64,000 nt of DNA, taken from NCBI GenBank assembly GCA_963674965.2, contig CAXXFL010000005.1:608001-672000 (forward strand), read 5' to 3'. Position numbers and translations under genes: made by a program. Origin of the DNA: a bacterium (GTDB taxonomy: Bacteria > RBG-13-61-14 > DATKZS01). The notes under the pieces are model-generated. The model was not told where the DNA came from. It ran no database searches and saw only the letters and a program-made list of their open reading frames with translations. Below, in pieces: positions 18,145 to 27,117 of this stretch (position 1 is the stretch's first letter; the number at the start of each line of letters is the position of its first letter).

Positions 18145-21100
18145 TCAATACGGCCTTGAGTAATACACGTCCACTCCTCCCTGGCCTTCCTCGTCGTGGG
18201 AGCCCTCGATGGAGAGGTTCTTTCTCAGCTCGTAGCGGATTTTATACTCCTGGGCGGCTTCCTCCCCGAACTGCCGGTAGTAGAAAACGTAGATTTTATC
18301 GTTGATATACTTGCCTATGCCCACGCCCGACTCCTCGGGGGTCTCGCCCGTCTGGATGATAAGCGTGTCCACCTGGAGGGCCTCGGACAGGCCCGAGGTG
18401 GCCCAGCCCGCGATCACCTGGCCGCCGGCCGCGGCCAGGGCCTGGCGCTCTCCCTCCGCCAGATCGCTCACGGGCTTGCCGAAGAGGATGACGGCGAACA
18501 CGTCGGCCTCGTCGAGGGGCGGCTCGGAGTATATCTCGAGGCGGGGGTCGGACAGGGTCCCGAAGACCTTGATGTAGGTCACGTAATCGGGCACGCGGTA
18601 GCTGGCGATGATCTCCATGTCCGGATCGATAACGGGGATGGCCGGGAAGGAAAAGGAACCCTTTTCGATGCGGAAGGGCTTGCCCTGAAAGACCAGCCAG
18701 CCGTCCTTGGTCCGCGCGTCGCCGAAAACGAGGAAAAAGCCGCCCGGCGGCTTCCTGAGGCTCAGCTTGCCTCCGAACCCGACGTTAAGCTCCGAGCTTC
18801 GAAGCTTTCCCGTGTCGGGGATATCGATATCAATCTCCAGGTCCGCCCGTTCGAGCCAGGGCGACTGGCGGTCGGGGGCCTCCTCCTCCCCCTCGATCCG
18901 TATGGTCGGGTCCTCCTCCTCCCAGGAGGTCCCCTGGTAGGTAAGCAAAAGGGGAGGACGGTAGCTAAGCTCGGTGAAGGTTATGGCCCCCCTTAATGTA
19001 GGCGCCGCCGGGTCGCCGGTTATTTTAAGGTCCGCGTCCACCTCGGCCCTCATGTCCGGAGTGTTCATGGCCCTGAAGGCCCGGCTCGTTAAGGTCAGGT
19101 TGACCTCCGACGCGGAGTAGCCTTCAATCTTTATGTCTCCCGAAAGCTCGGCCGCGCCTTGGCCCGATTCCACGCGCAGGCCGGAAACGTGGGCCACGTT
19201 GTCCTCGATGACCGCCTTGCCCGACACGTCGCGCAGGGCCAGGCCCCAATCGGGGACCTTGAACCTGGCGTCCTTAATCTCGGCCAGGCCGGACCAGTCG
19301 GGCTTCTCGAAGGTCCCTCGAATACGGGCGTCGAGCACGACCTCGCCCTCCACGTCCGTGATCCAGGGAAGAAGCTCCGCTATAGCCGCGCCCGACACGT
19401 CGCTCGCCGTGACGTCCAGGGCCACGTCCCTGTCCTTGATGGGCTCGGCCTTAATCGGATTCAGGGCAAGGACAAAGGGGATATCCCCCGCAACCTTGAC
19501 CAGACCGACCTCCTCCGAGGCGCCTTTCAAATCGATCGCGAGCTTTTCGTCCCGAAAGTCCAGGCCTCCTTTCAGCCTTTTCAGGTTGAAGCCTGAATAG
19601 GAAAAATCCGCCACGTCCATCTCGACCGTAACGGACGGGTCCGAGTCCTGACCCTCCCCGACGATCTTGCCCGTGACCCGGCCCGCGAGCTTGACCTCGG
19701 GCGCCAGCTTCTCTAGCCAGGGCCCCGCGTCAAAACGCTCGAAGGTGATTTCGCCTCCCAGCCGCCTCCCGTAGACGTCTCCATTCGCGCCGATACTCGC
19801 CTCCCCGCTCTTAAGCAAGGTTTCGTCGAAATTAAGTCCCCCGCCCCGGCTGCTGACGCGGGTTTTCTCGGCCAGGCTCCAATCCTGACCGATGAGCCTG
19901 GCGCTCAGCGCGTCCAGGTCAAGGTCCCATGATCCGGCTCCCCTTACTCTCAGTGCCCCTTCCGACTTGAGTCCAAAGTCCGGGTTCGATGACCTAGCGT
20001 TGAGGGAATAGGCGATACTTGGAGAAGTGGGCGGAGCCGGCGCCAGCTTGGCGGCCAGTTCGAGGTTGAAGACCGGTATGGAGAAGTCGCCGTACTGAAT
20101 GGTCGGGGCCCGGGTCGAATCGGCCAGCAGCTCGATGGTCCCGCTCAGGCTTTTGCTCGAGACGCCGGCCAGGTTATAGGTGAAGTCCACCGCCCCGGCC
20201 TCGAGGGGATCGACCGAGACGTCCATGGCGGCGCCCGAGCCAACGGCCCTCCACCTGTCCCTTTGGCCGGTAAGGTCCATGTCAAGCTCGATCATCGCGG
20301 CGGATATGGCACCCTTTGTAAAGCGGGCGACCGTTTCCCGTTCGGGCATCTCGGCCTGAACGTCGAACCGGTAGGGGACCTCGCCTCCCAGCGGCTCGAT
20401 CCATCCCGATGCCTCGAGGTTTACGCCGTCAACCATGGCTCGAGTTCCCCTAAGGCTCAGCCTTTTATTGGCAAAGGAGAAAGAAGACGCGGCGTACCTG
20501 ACCTCGTAGCCCATGAACCGGGTGGGATCGAGGTCGACCTTGCCGGTAAGGGCGATGGTCTCGGGCGACCGGCCGGACCCGACAAAGGCCAGCTTGCCCG
20601 AGAGCTTGACGTCGGGGGCCCCGTCCCGTACCGCTGAGGGATTCAGGTCGCGCATTATGGCCGTTACGTCGATGGGATAAGGCTCGTCCAGCTTTCCGTC
20701 CGCGTAGACCGTGGCGTCCGATCCGTGGTCCTCGCCGATCATCCTGAGGCTGTAATCCCGGTCTTTGAGCTCGAGGGAGGCCATGACCGGAAACGATTTA
20801 AGGCCCGGATAGGAGAACTTGTCGAGCCTGACCGTGACCTCGACCCGGCGGGGAGATTTTTCGTGCCCTTTCTCGTCCTTCCTCGCCTTGGCATAGGAAA
20901 TATCGTAGGAGCCGGTCAGGTTGGAAAGAGGGACCTCGCGGTTTAAAAGGCCCGAAAGGGTGAAGTCCTCCATCTTGCCGGAGGCGGTAACGGAGCCGTC
21001 GCCGCGAAGATATGTCCCTTTCGCGTCGGCCTTGCCGGCGCTCGACTCGAGGACCGCCTCGAAATCGATGGACTTGGACGTGACTCCCTTTGCCCTGGCC

Positions 21101-22032
21101 GTTCCCTTTAAAGGGATGGCGATGGGATGGCCGGGCCAGAAAAGGGAGAGCACGTCGGGGGCGACGGCCAGGTAGTCCGAGACCACTTCCATCTCTCCGG
21201 TCCCGGTGTAGTATCTTGATTTTTTTACGCGGGCTATGGAGGTAGCCGTGATCAGCTCGCCCTTTTTTACGGGAAAAGCCCATCCCTCGATGGTGGGAAT
21301 GATCATGCCCTCGGCGGTCAACTGGTTAATGCCGAGGGCCGGGTCCTCGACGTTTCCCATCAGGTCTTTAATCCGGTAATAAACGGCTTCTCTTAAGGTT
21401 TTGACGTCGGCCGCGGCCGAGAATATTTCCGCCTTAATAACTCTGTCGGGGGAGGGTGAAAGATATAGCCTGGAGTCCCGAACCACGAGGTCGCCGGAAA
21501 GAGTGGGAAAGCGCATGGCCCGCGTCCGCTTGGTTTTTTTCTTTCGCTTGAGATTGGTAAGGTTCCACTCCCCGTCTCTTTTCACGGCCTTGACAAAGGC
21601 CCCTTCCACCTCGAGGTGTATTACGGGCTTTAGAAGTCCGCCGCCGAGGGGGTCCCATTTAACTCGCGCCCGGTCAACGGATATGGCGACCTCCCCGGTG
21701 GGCTCGTATATCTCGAGTCCGGTAACGATGAAATCTGACAGGGGGCGGCCGTCAAGGGACTCGATTTTCATTCCCCCTTTGAAATACTTGCCGGCCTGGG
21801 CCACGCCGAACCGGACTATGCGCTCGTTTAGAAGACCGGCGCGAAAGCAGAAAAACAAAATCACCAGGGCGGCGAAAAGGCCCACGACAAAATAAAACCT
21901 TATCCGGCGCCTTCTTTTTTTGGCCCGTGCTTTCTTTTGCTTCTTTTTCTCCTTTTTGGCCAGGCGCTCGAGTTCCTTGGCCTTTTCGCGGCCCGCGGAG
22001 GAAGAGGCGGATATGTTGTTTCCTTCGCTCAA
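18145..22032 (-). CDS. tamB: Translocation and assembly module TamB (AsmA-like, C-terminal DUF490)
   Basis: N-terminal basic tail plus TM anchor, long beta-rich body, C-terminal G..FRIEKG.F.F...DP...GTLSDP.L..YSEPPL...GKYI; TTG start overlaps the tamA stop (TTGA). Confidence 0.88.
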   Translation of the reverse strand: MSEGNNISASSSAGREKAKELERLAKKEKKKQKKARAKKRRRRIRFYFVVGLFAALVILFFCFRAGLLNERIVRFGVAQAGKYFKGGMKIESLDGRPLSDFIVTGLEIYEPTGEVAISVDRARVKWDPLGGGLLKPVIHLEVEGAFVKAVKRDGEWNLTNLKRKKKTKRTRAMRFPTLSGDLVVRDSRLYLSPSPDRVIKAEIFSAAADVKTLREAVYYRIKDLMGNVEDPALGINQLTAEGMIIPTIEGWAFPVKKGELITATSIARVKKSRYYTGTGEMEVVSDYLAVAPDVLSLFWPGHPIAIPLKGTARAKGVTSKSIDFEAVLESSAGKADAKGTYLRGDGSVTASGKMEDFTLSGLLNREVPLSNLTGSYDISYAKARKDEKGHEKSPRRVEVTVRLDKFSYPGLKSFPVMASLELKDRDYSLRMIGEDHGSDATVYADGKLDEPYPIDVTAIMRDLNPSAVRDGAPDVKLSGKLAFVGSGRSPETIALTGKVDLDPTRFMGYEVRYAASSFSFANKRLSLRGTRAMVDGVNLEASGWIEPLGGEVPYRFDVQAEMPERETVARFTKGAISAAMIELDMDLTGQRDRWRAVGSGAAMDVSVDPLEAGAVDFTYNLAGVSSKSLSGTIELLADSTRAPTIQYGDFSIPVFNLELAAKLAPAPPTSPSIAYSLNARSSNPDFGLKSEGALRVRGAGSWDLDLDALSARLIGQDWSLAEKTRVSSRGGGLNFDETLLKSGEASIGANGDVYGRRLGGEITFERFDAGPWLEKLAPEVKLAGRVTGKIVGEGQDSDPSVTVEMDVADFSYSGFNLKRLKGGLDFRDEKLAIDLKGASEEVGLVKVAGDIPFVLALNPIKAEPIKDRDVALDVTASDVSGAAIAELLPWITDVEGEVVLDARIRGTFEKPDWSGLAEIKDARFKVPDWGLALRDVSGKAVIEDNVAHVSGLRVESGQGAAELSGDIKIEGYSASEVNLTLTSRAFRAMNTPDMRAEVDADLKITGDPAAPTLRGAITFTELSYRPPLLLTYQGTSWEEEDPTIRIEGEEEAPDRQSPWLERADLEIDIDIPDTGKLRSSELNVGFGGKLSLRKPPGGFFLVFGDARTKDGWLVFQGKPFRIEKGSFSFPAIPVIDPDMEIIASYRVPDYVTYIKVFGTLSDPRLEIYSEPPLDEADVFAVILFGKPVSDLAEGERQALAAAGGQVIAGWATSGLSEALQVDTLIIQTGETPEESGVGIGKYINDKIYVFYYRQFGEEAAQEYKIRYELRKNLSIEGSHDEEGQGGVDVYYSRPY

Positions 22033-24065
22033 AACGCGTTCCCGATGTTGAGGGAAAAGACCTGCTTCGCCAGTCCCGGCTCGTCGTTAATAGGGAAACC
22101 GAAGTCGAGCCCGATGGGCCCGATGGGCGTGTCGTAGCGTAGGCCGAAGCCGTAGCTGTAGACCAGGTCGTTTAAGTCGTAGTTTTCCTCCTCGGTCCAT
22201 ACCCAGCCCGAGTCGGAGAAGACCACGCCGCCGAATTCGTTCCAAATGGGGAACCTCAGCTCGAAGCTTCCCTCCCAGGACTTGGAACCGCCGAGCGGGT
22301 CTCCCGTGCCGTCAAGCGGGCCCACCGCGTGCCGGGCAAAGCCGCGCACGCTGCTGGCGCCTCCGGCGTAGAACCTTTTGAAGATGGGTATCGAGTCCGT
22401 GTCCCCCAGCGGCTCGGACCAGCCGACGCTGCCTCGCGCCGCCGCCACCACCTCCCATTCAAAGGGCATCTTTTCCCTGGCCTTGCCCGTGACGAGATTG
22501 TTAAGGGGATAGTATCCGCGGGCCTCGCCGATCAGCTTGATATAATTAAAGTCGCCGCCGACCGGGCCGCCGCCGTACTCGGCGAAAAGGCTCGCCCGGG
22601 CCCCTTCCTTTGGATTGATGGGGTCGTCAAGGTCGGCCCATTCGATCTTGCCCGCAAAGGCGGATAAAAGGCCCTCCTTGGCCAGGTCGTCGGCCGTGAT
22701 ATCAAGCCGGTTTTGAACGTCGCTTATCTTGTTGTCCTCGATTTTGTAGGAGACCTCGGCCCAAAGATAATTGGTCAGAATGAAATGATAAGCGGGAGAA
22801 AGGGAGATCGACTCGTGGGTATAGGACTCCTCCCAATGCACGTTATGCTCGCCCGTGAGGTTTATATAGCTGCCCGGCCGAAGGACGTTGGGCTGGAGGA
22901 AGCTTATCTTTTCCTGCTCCCATAAGACGGAGTACCTGGCGCTGGTGGAAAGCTCCCTGGCCCCGCCCAGAAAATTCACGTGACGCCAGGAACCCATGAC
23001 TCGGACGCCCTCCTCGCTGCCGTAGCCCACTCCCACCTTGTAAAGCCTGGGCTTGCCCTCCTTGACCTTGACCGTCAGATCGATTTGTTTCGTTACCGGG
23101 TCGGCTTCCTCCTCGAGGCGGACGGAGCTGTAAATGGGAAGGCGGCTCACCCTCCTTTGGGCCTCGATGATCTTGTTCATGCGGTACTTCTGCCCGCTTT
23201 GAAGACCGAGCGCCTTCTCGACCACCTTGGGCCTGGTTTTCTCGGTTCCCTCCACCGTGACCTGGCCCAGGAAAAACCTCTCTCCCTTGGTGATCCGGTA
23301 GGTTACCTTGGCCTTGCCCGTTTCCGGGTCCGACTCGACGCGGGGAGTTATTAGCGCGCTTCTTTCCACCCTGGCGTTATAAAAGGCCTCGTTCTGGTAA
23401 TAAGTCCGGATGGCCGCGGCCGCGTCCTGGTACGGCTCGAGCTCGAAGCGGTCGCCTTGCTTGAACTCGACCAGGTCCCGCGTGATTTTCGGGTCCTTGT
23501 CGTGATAGACGCCGTCCTCGAAGATTATCTCGACGCTCGAGACCAGGATGGGATCGTTCTCCTGAATACGGTAGATCAGCCTGGCGGCCTTGCCGTCATT
23601 TTGAAAAACCACCTCGGGCTCGGAGACGACCGCGTCGTAGAAGCCCTTGCTCTGGTAAAACTTCTCGATCCTGCGCCGGTCGTCCTGGGCCCAGAAAACG
23701 TCGTAAGCCTCGCCCTCCTTGGGGTTTCGCCTGTACCAGGGCGTCCTCTTCTGCCGGAGGATGGACTTCACCGTCCGGCGCGGGACCTTGTCGCACCCCT
23801 CCAGCTTTATTCCCTTGATCCGGATCGATGAGGACCTGATGGCCGTCTTTTTTCGCGTCCTCTTTTTCAGCCGGCCAAAGGCCGTGTCTCCGTACTCTGG
23901 GGGCGCCGGCCCTTGATCGCCAAGGGAATCTCCTTCTCCCGGGCCCGCTTGGCCCGTCAGGACGGTCTCTTTGCTATCATCCCCGTCGTCCGCCCAAGAG
24001 GGGACGGTCAGGATGATCATTGAGACCGCCAGAATGGAGATAATTAAGGACAAGACTTTACGCAT
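22029..24065 (-). CDS. tamA: Omp85 family outer-membrane protein, TamA/BamA-like with POTRA domains
   Basis: Signal peptide; POTRA repeats (FYQSKGFYDA); RFYAGGASSVRGF; GFGLRYDTPIGPI.LDFGF; terminal F; directly upstream of tamB. Confidence 0.85.
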   Translation of the reverse strand: MRKVLSLIISILAVSMIILTVPSWADDGDDSKETVLTGQAGPGEGDSLGDQGPAPPEYGDTAFGRLKKRTRKKTAIRSSSIRIKGIKLEGCDKVPRRTVKSILRQKRTPWYRRNPKEGEAYDVFWAQDDRRRIEKFYQSKGFYDAVVSEPEVVFQNDGKAARLIYRIQENDPILVSSVEIIFEDGVYHDKDPKITRDLVEFKQGDRFELEPYQDAAAAIRTYYQNEAFYNARVERSALITPRVESDPETGKAKVTYRITKGERFFLGQVTVEGTEKTRPKVVEKALGLQSGQKYRMNKIIEAQRRVSRLPIYSSVRLEEEADPVTKQIDLTVKVKEGKPRLYKVGVGYGSEEGVRVMGSWRHVNFLGGARELSTSARYSVLWEQEKISFLQPNVLRPGSYINLTGEHNVHWEESYTHESISLSPAYHFILTNYLWAEVSYKIEDNKISDVQNRLDITADDLAKEGLLSAFAGKIEWADLDDPINPKEGARASLFAEYGGGPVGGDFNYIKLIGEARGYYPLNNLVTGKAREKMPFEWEVVAAARGSVGWSEPLGDTDSIPIFKRFYAGGASSVRGFARHAVGPLDGTGDPLGGSKSWEGSFELRFPIWNEFGGVVFSDSGWVWTEEENYDLNDLVYSYGFGLRYDTPIGPIGLDFGFPINDEPGLAKQVFSLNIGNAF

Positions 24066-24185
24066 GGGTTTATCATACCCAACAAACGCCCCATATCTCA
24101 ACGAACCGCCCTGTAAAATTCCAATCTGGTTTCCATGGACGGGTGGGGAACGAGCGGGACCCGAGAAAAAAAAGGGCGGGAATTG

Positions 24186-24219
24186 AAAAGGGCCGTCCCC
24201 GCCGGTGGGAGAACGGCCC
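24186..24219 (-). terminator. Rho-independent terminator after the lipoprotein gene
   Basis: Minus strand GGGCCGTTCTC-CCACCGGC-GGGGACGGCCC followed by TTTT. Confidence 0.7.
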
Positions 24220-24241
24220 AGTCTCGAAGAATCCGTAGATT

Positions 24242-24844
24242 TTATTTAGCGGCGTCTATGGCCTTTTTATACCTCGTCTCGAGATCGGGATACACGTCCA
24301 TGGTGATCCGCAACACCCGCTCGTAATCCGCGTCCTTACCGTGGTTCACGTACATGTAGACCGCCAGGTCGTCAACGTTGTCAAAGGAAAGGTCGCTGCT
24401 CTCGCGGATGTATTCCATGCCGCCCGCCGCCTCGACGCAGGCCTTCTTGCCGATGCTCTTGCCCACCTCGTCGCCGATCAGCTTGCCGGCGAAGGGTATC
24501 TGCTTGCCAATCTCTTTTCCGATCTGCTGACCCGCGTATTTGCCGGCCTCCTTGCCCACGGTCGATTTCAGTTCAGCGGACATGGCCTTCTGGGCCCATC
24601 CGGCCAGGGCGTCGTCCGAGGTGTAGGGGCACATGTACTTGCCGCCGTTGCCCTCGATCGGCTCGGGGGCGGTCATGGTCGTCTCCGCGGCCTGTTCCCC
24701 ACCCGCCGCGGGCTGAGCGTTCATGGCCGTGGCGCTGGGGTCCTTTTTGCCCGCGCAGCCGGCCAGAACCATAATACCGAAACCAACGATGAGGGCGGCG
24801 ACGGCCGTCCTGAAAAAGAAACTCGATGTGCTTGATTGTCTCAT
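24242..24844 (-). CDS. Hypothetical lipoprotein with a glycine-zipper-like segment
   Basis: Lipobox VLAG-C; GKEAGKYAGQQIGKEIG repeats; AGGAGG RBS. Confidence 0.8.
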   Translation of the reverse strand: MRQSSTSSFFFRTAVAALIVGFGIMVLAGCAGKKDPSATAMNAQPAAGGEQAAETTMTAPEPIEGNGGKYMCPYTSDDALAGWAQKAMSAELKSTVGKEAGKYAGQQIGKEIGKQIPFAGKLIGDEVGKSIGKKACVEAAGGMEYIRESSDLSFDNVDDLAVYMYVNHGKDADYERVLRITMDVYPDLETRYKKAIDAAK

Positions 24845-25012
24845 TTTTTCCTCCTATATGATGTTTAGCGCAAACGATTTCCAGACATTTTATAAATCCT
24901 TTTCGGACCGAAAGTCAAGAGGAGAATGACGGCGATGCAAAAGTGCAAAAGGCGGGCTAATCGAAATCTAACATATTTCCTTTTTCGTTTATGTTAAATG
25001 GGTTAAGAGGTT

Positions 25013-25048
25013 AAAAAGCGAAAGGCCCCGGCCGAATGACCGGGGCCC
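25013..25048 (-). terminator. Rho-independent terminator after glutamate synthase
   Basis: Minus strand GGCCCCGGTC-ATTC-GGCCGGGGCC followed by TTTCGCTTTTT. Confidence 0.8.
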
Positions 25049-25067
25049 ATAAGCTTTTTCGATATTG

Positions 25068-26645
25068 TCAGCCGTCGATGATGGCGAGAGCTTCTTCTTT
25101 CTGGGTGTCCATAACGTAGGGAATGCCGGTGACCTTGGCGCATTCCTCGGTCAGGGAGGTCAGGTCGCAACGGCCGATCAGGTCGACCCGCCAGTTGCGG
25201 GAGCCGGCCATGAGCTGCTGGAGACCGACGCGGATTTTCTCGGACACGCTGTAAACGCCAATGGCGCCGAGGGGGAACTTGTCCACGTCTTTTCCGAACT
25301 TGGCCTTGATCTCCTCGAAGCAGACGAATATCTCTTCCTTGGTATTGCCGTATCTGGACACGGTCTTGGGCAGGTCGCCGTTCTTCATCCATTCCTCGAT
25401 GTTCTTGCCCACCATGCCGGGGATCATGAGACCGCGGCCCATGCACACGGCCTTGGCGTAGGGCGCTCCCAGGGCCAGGGCCTTGAACACGTGGTCCTCG
25501 GAGGAGAAACCGCCGGCGAAGGCTATGTCGGGTACCCAGCAGCCGTTGTTGGCCAGGCGCCGGCAGAGGTCGTAAGCCATGGAGTGCAGGTAGATCGAGG
25601 GTATGCCCCACTCGCACATCATGCGCCACGGGCTCATGCCGGTTCCGCCGGGGGCGCCGTCGATGGTGAGGAGGTCGATCTTGGCGTTGGAGGACCACTT
25701 GATGGCCATGGCCAGCTCGCGCATTCCATAAGCTCCGGTCTTGAGGGTGACGCGCTTGGCGCCAAGGTCGCGGATGCGCTGGACCTCGGCCATGAAGCCT
25801 TCCTCATCGATGAAGCCCAGGCGGGAATGGCGCTCGAACTGCTTGATGGCGCCGGCCTTGAAAGCCGCCACGTTGGCCTTGTCCGTCGGGTCGGGGGTGA
25901 CGATGTAGCCGCGCTTCTTGAGCTCCTGGGCGCGCTCGACCGAGTCGACCTTGATCTCGCCGCCGATGCACTTGGCGCCCTGGCCCCACTTAAGCTCGAC
26001 GCACTCGACGCCGAGCTCGGAGGTAACGTACTCGGCCACGCCGAAGCCGGTGTCCTCCACGTTCATCTGCACCAGGATGTCGCCGTAGCCCTGGTGGTAA
26101 CGGCGGTAAAGCTCGACGCGGCGCTTCATGTCGGGCGCGCTCTTGACCTTGCCGTTCTTGTCCAGCTCGAGCTTGGGGTCGATGCCGCACACGTTCTCGC
26201 CGCATACCAGGCTGATGCCGCTGATGGCCGCGCCGATGGCGAAGTGCTCCCAGTTCTTGCGGGCTATCTCGGTCGAGCCGAGGGCGCCGGTGAAGATGGG
26301 GACTTTCATCTTGACGGGGTTCTTGAAACCGTAGGTCGTCTCGGTGCAGACGGAGGGGAAGGTGGCGTGGTCCGGGTCGGCCTTGGTCCCCTTCGCGCCC
26401 AGGGCGTAGCCCATGATGTTAAGGTGCGAGTAATCGACGGGATAGTCCTTGTCCGCGCCGGCGGTCACGTCGCCGAAGGGACCCGGATAGAGCAGCTCGC
26501 GGCCGCGGAAGGTCGCGTTAAAAAGGTCGCAGTTGCCGCGGCAGCCGTCAACGCAGCGGCTGCAGATGCCCGACTGGGGCGCGACGTTGCGCGAGCGGTT
26601 GTTGGTCTGAAGGGCCTCGTTGGCGTTGGGTCGATGAAGATTCAT
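25068..26645 (-). CDS. FMN-binding glutamate synthase family protein (stand-alone GltB2-like)
   Basis: CSRCVDGC.G.C, TGALGS, ELKWGQGAK.IGGE, LKTG, IDGAPGGTGMSP, FKALALGAP..KAVCMGR; strong codon bias; GGAGG RBS before ATG 26645. Confidence 0.92.
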   Translation of the reverse strand: MNLHRPNANEALQTNNRSRNVAPQSGICSRCVDGCRGNCDLFNATFRGRELLYPGPFGDVTAGADKDYPVDYSHLNIMGYALGAKGTKADPDHATFPSVCTETTYGFKNPVKMKVPIFTGALGSTEIARKNWEHFAIGAAISGISLVCGENVCGIDPKLELDKNGKVKSAPDMKRRVELYRRYHQGYGDILVQMNVEDTGFGVAEYVTSELGVECVELKWGQGAKCIGGEIKVDSVERAQELKKRGYIVTPDPTDKANVAAFKAGAIKQFERHSRLGFIDEEGFMAEVQRIRDLGAKRVTLKTGAYGMRELAMAIKWSSNAKIDLLTIDGAPGGTGMSPWRMMCEWGIPSIYLHSMAYDLCRRLANNGCWVPDIAFAGGFSSEDHVFKALALGAPYAKAVCMGRGLMIPGMVGKNIEEWMKNGDLPKTVSRYGNTKEEIFVCFEEIKAKFGKDVDKFPLGAIGVYSVSEKIRVGLQQLMAGSRNWRVDLIGRCDLTSLTEECAKVTGIPYVMDTQKEEALAIIDG

Positions 26646-26740
26646 TAAAATTCCTCCCATTAAATAATTTTTGCGGCCATCCCTTGCCGAAGACCGCGTA
26701 ATAGATGACTTGATGGACTGCTCGGGATGATTACGCTATG

Positions 26741-26826
26741 CGGTAAGCTTTTGCCGATTATTTATAACCATAAAACTGCATACGGCAAACAGTTGCCAAT
26801 AATACCATAATGAGAAGTCTTGTCAA
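26741..26826 (-). promoter_or_regulatory. sigma70-type promoter of glutamate synthase followed by two tandem operator-like palindromes
   Basis: TTGACA-16 nt-TATTAT with extended TG (26799-26826); palindromes CGGCAAACAGTTGCCA (26783-26798) and CGGTAAGCTTTTGCCG (26741-26756). Confidence 0.65.
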
Positions 26827-27117
26827 TAGAAAAATAAGATTCATTTCATTCTATTTAACCGACAATCTTGCCTTTTCCTCTTGTTAACCAAATAACGGCA
26901 ATATTGCCGGCAAAAATGTGGCAATGAAATTTCTTGTTCATGCGGTAAATGGGAATAAAATGACAACTCATTGCCGAAAGAAAAGAATTTTCCGGCGCTT
27001 ATAAGGTCGTCACAAATTAATCGCTTTAAATGAAAGCGGAAATGTTGCCGCATAAGGCGGCCGTTCTTTATCTTGATCGGCAATTATCACAATCAATTGG
27101 CCAAGGCCTGGTTATTT

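Noticed and set aside
25065-26648. 527-aa plus-strand ORF exactly antisense to glutamate synthase
   Set aside because: Shadow ORF produced by the strong GC codon bias of the real minus-strand gene; no motifs or RBS.
26785-26799. sigma54 promoter TGGCAACTGTTTGC before glutamate synthase
   Set aside because: GG-to-GC spacing is 9 rather than the required 10; better explained as an operator palindrome.
26660-26800. ANTAR dual-hairpin motif in the glutamate synthase leader
   Set aside because: The GGCAA-containing stems do not give the 3-bp stem plus hexaloop geometry, and no terminator follows.
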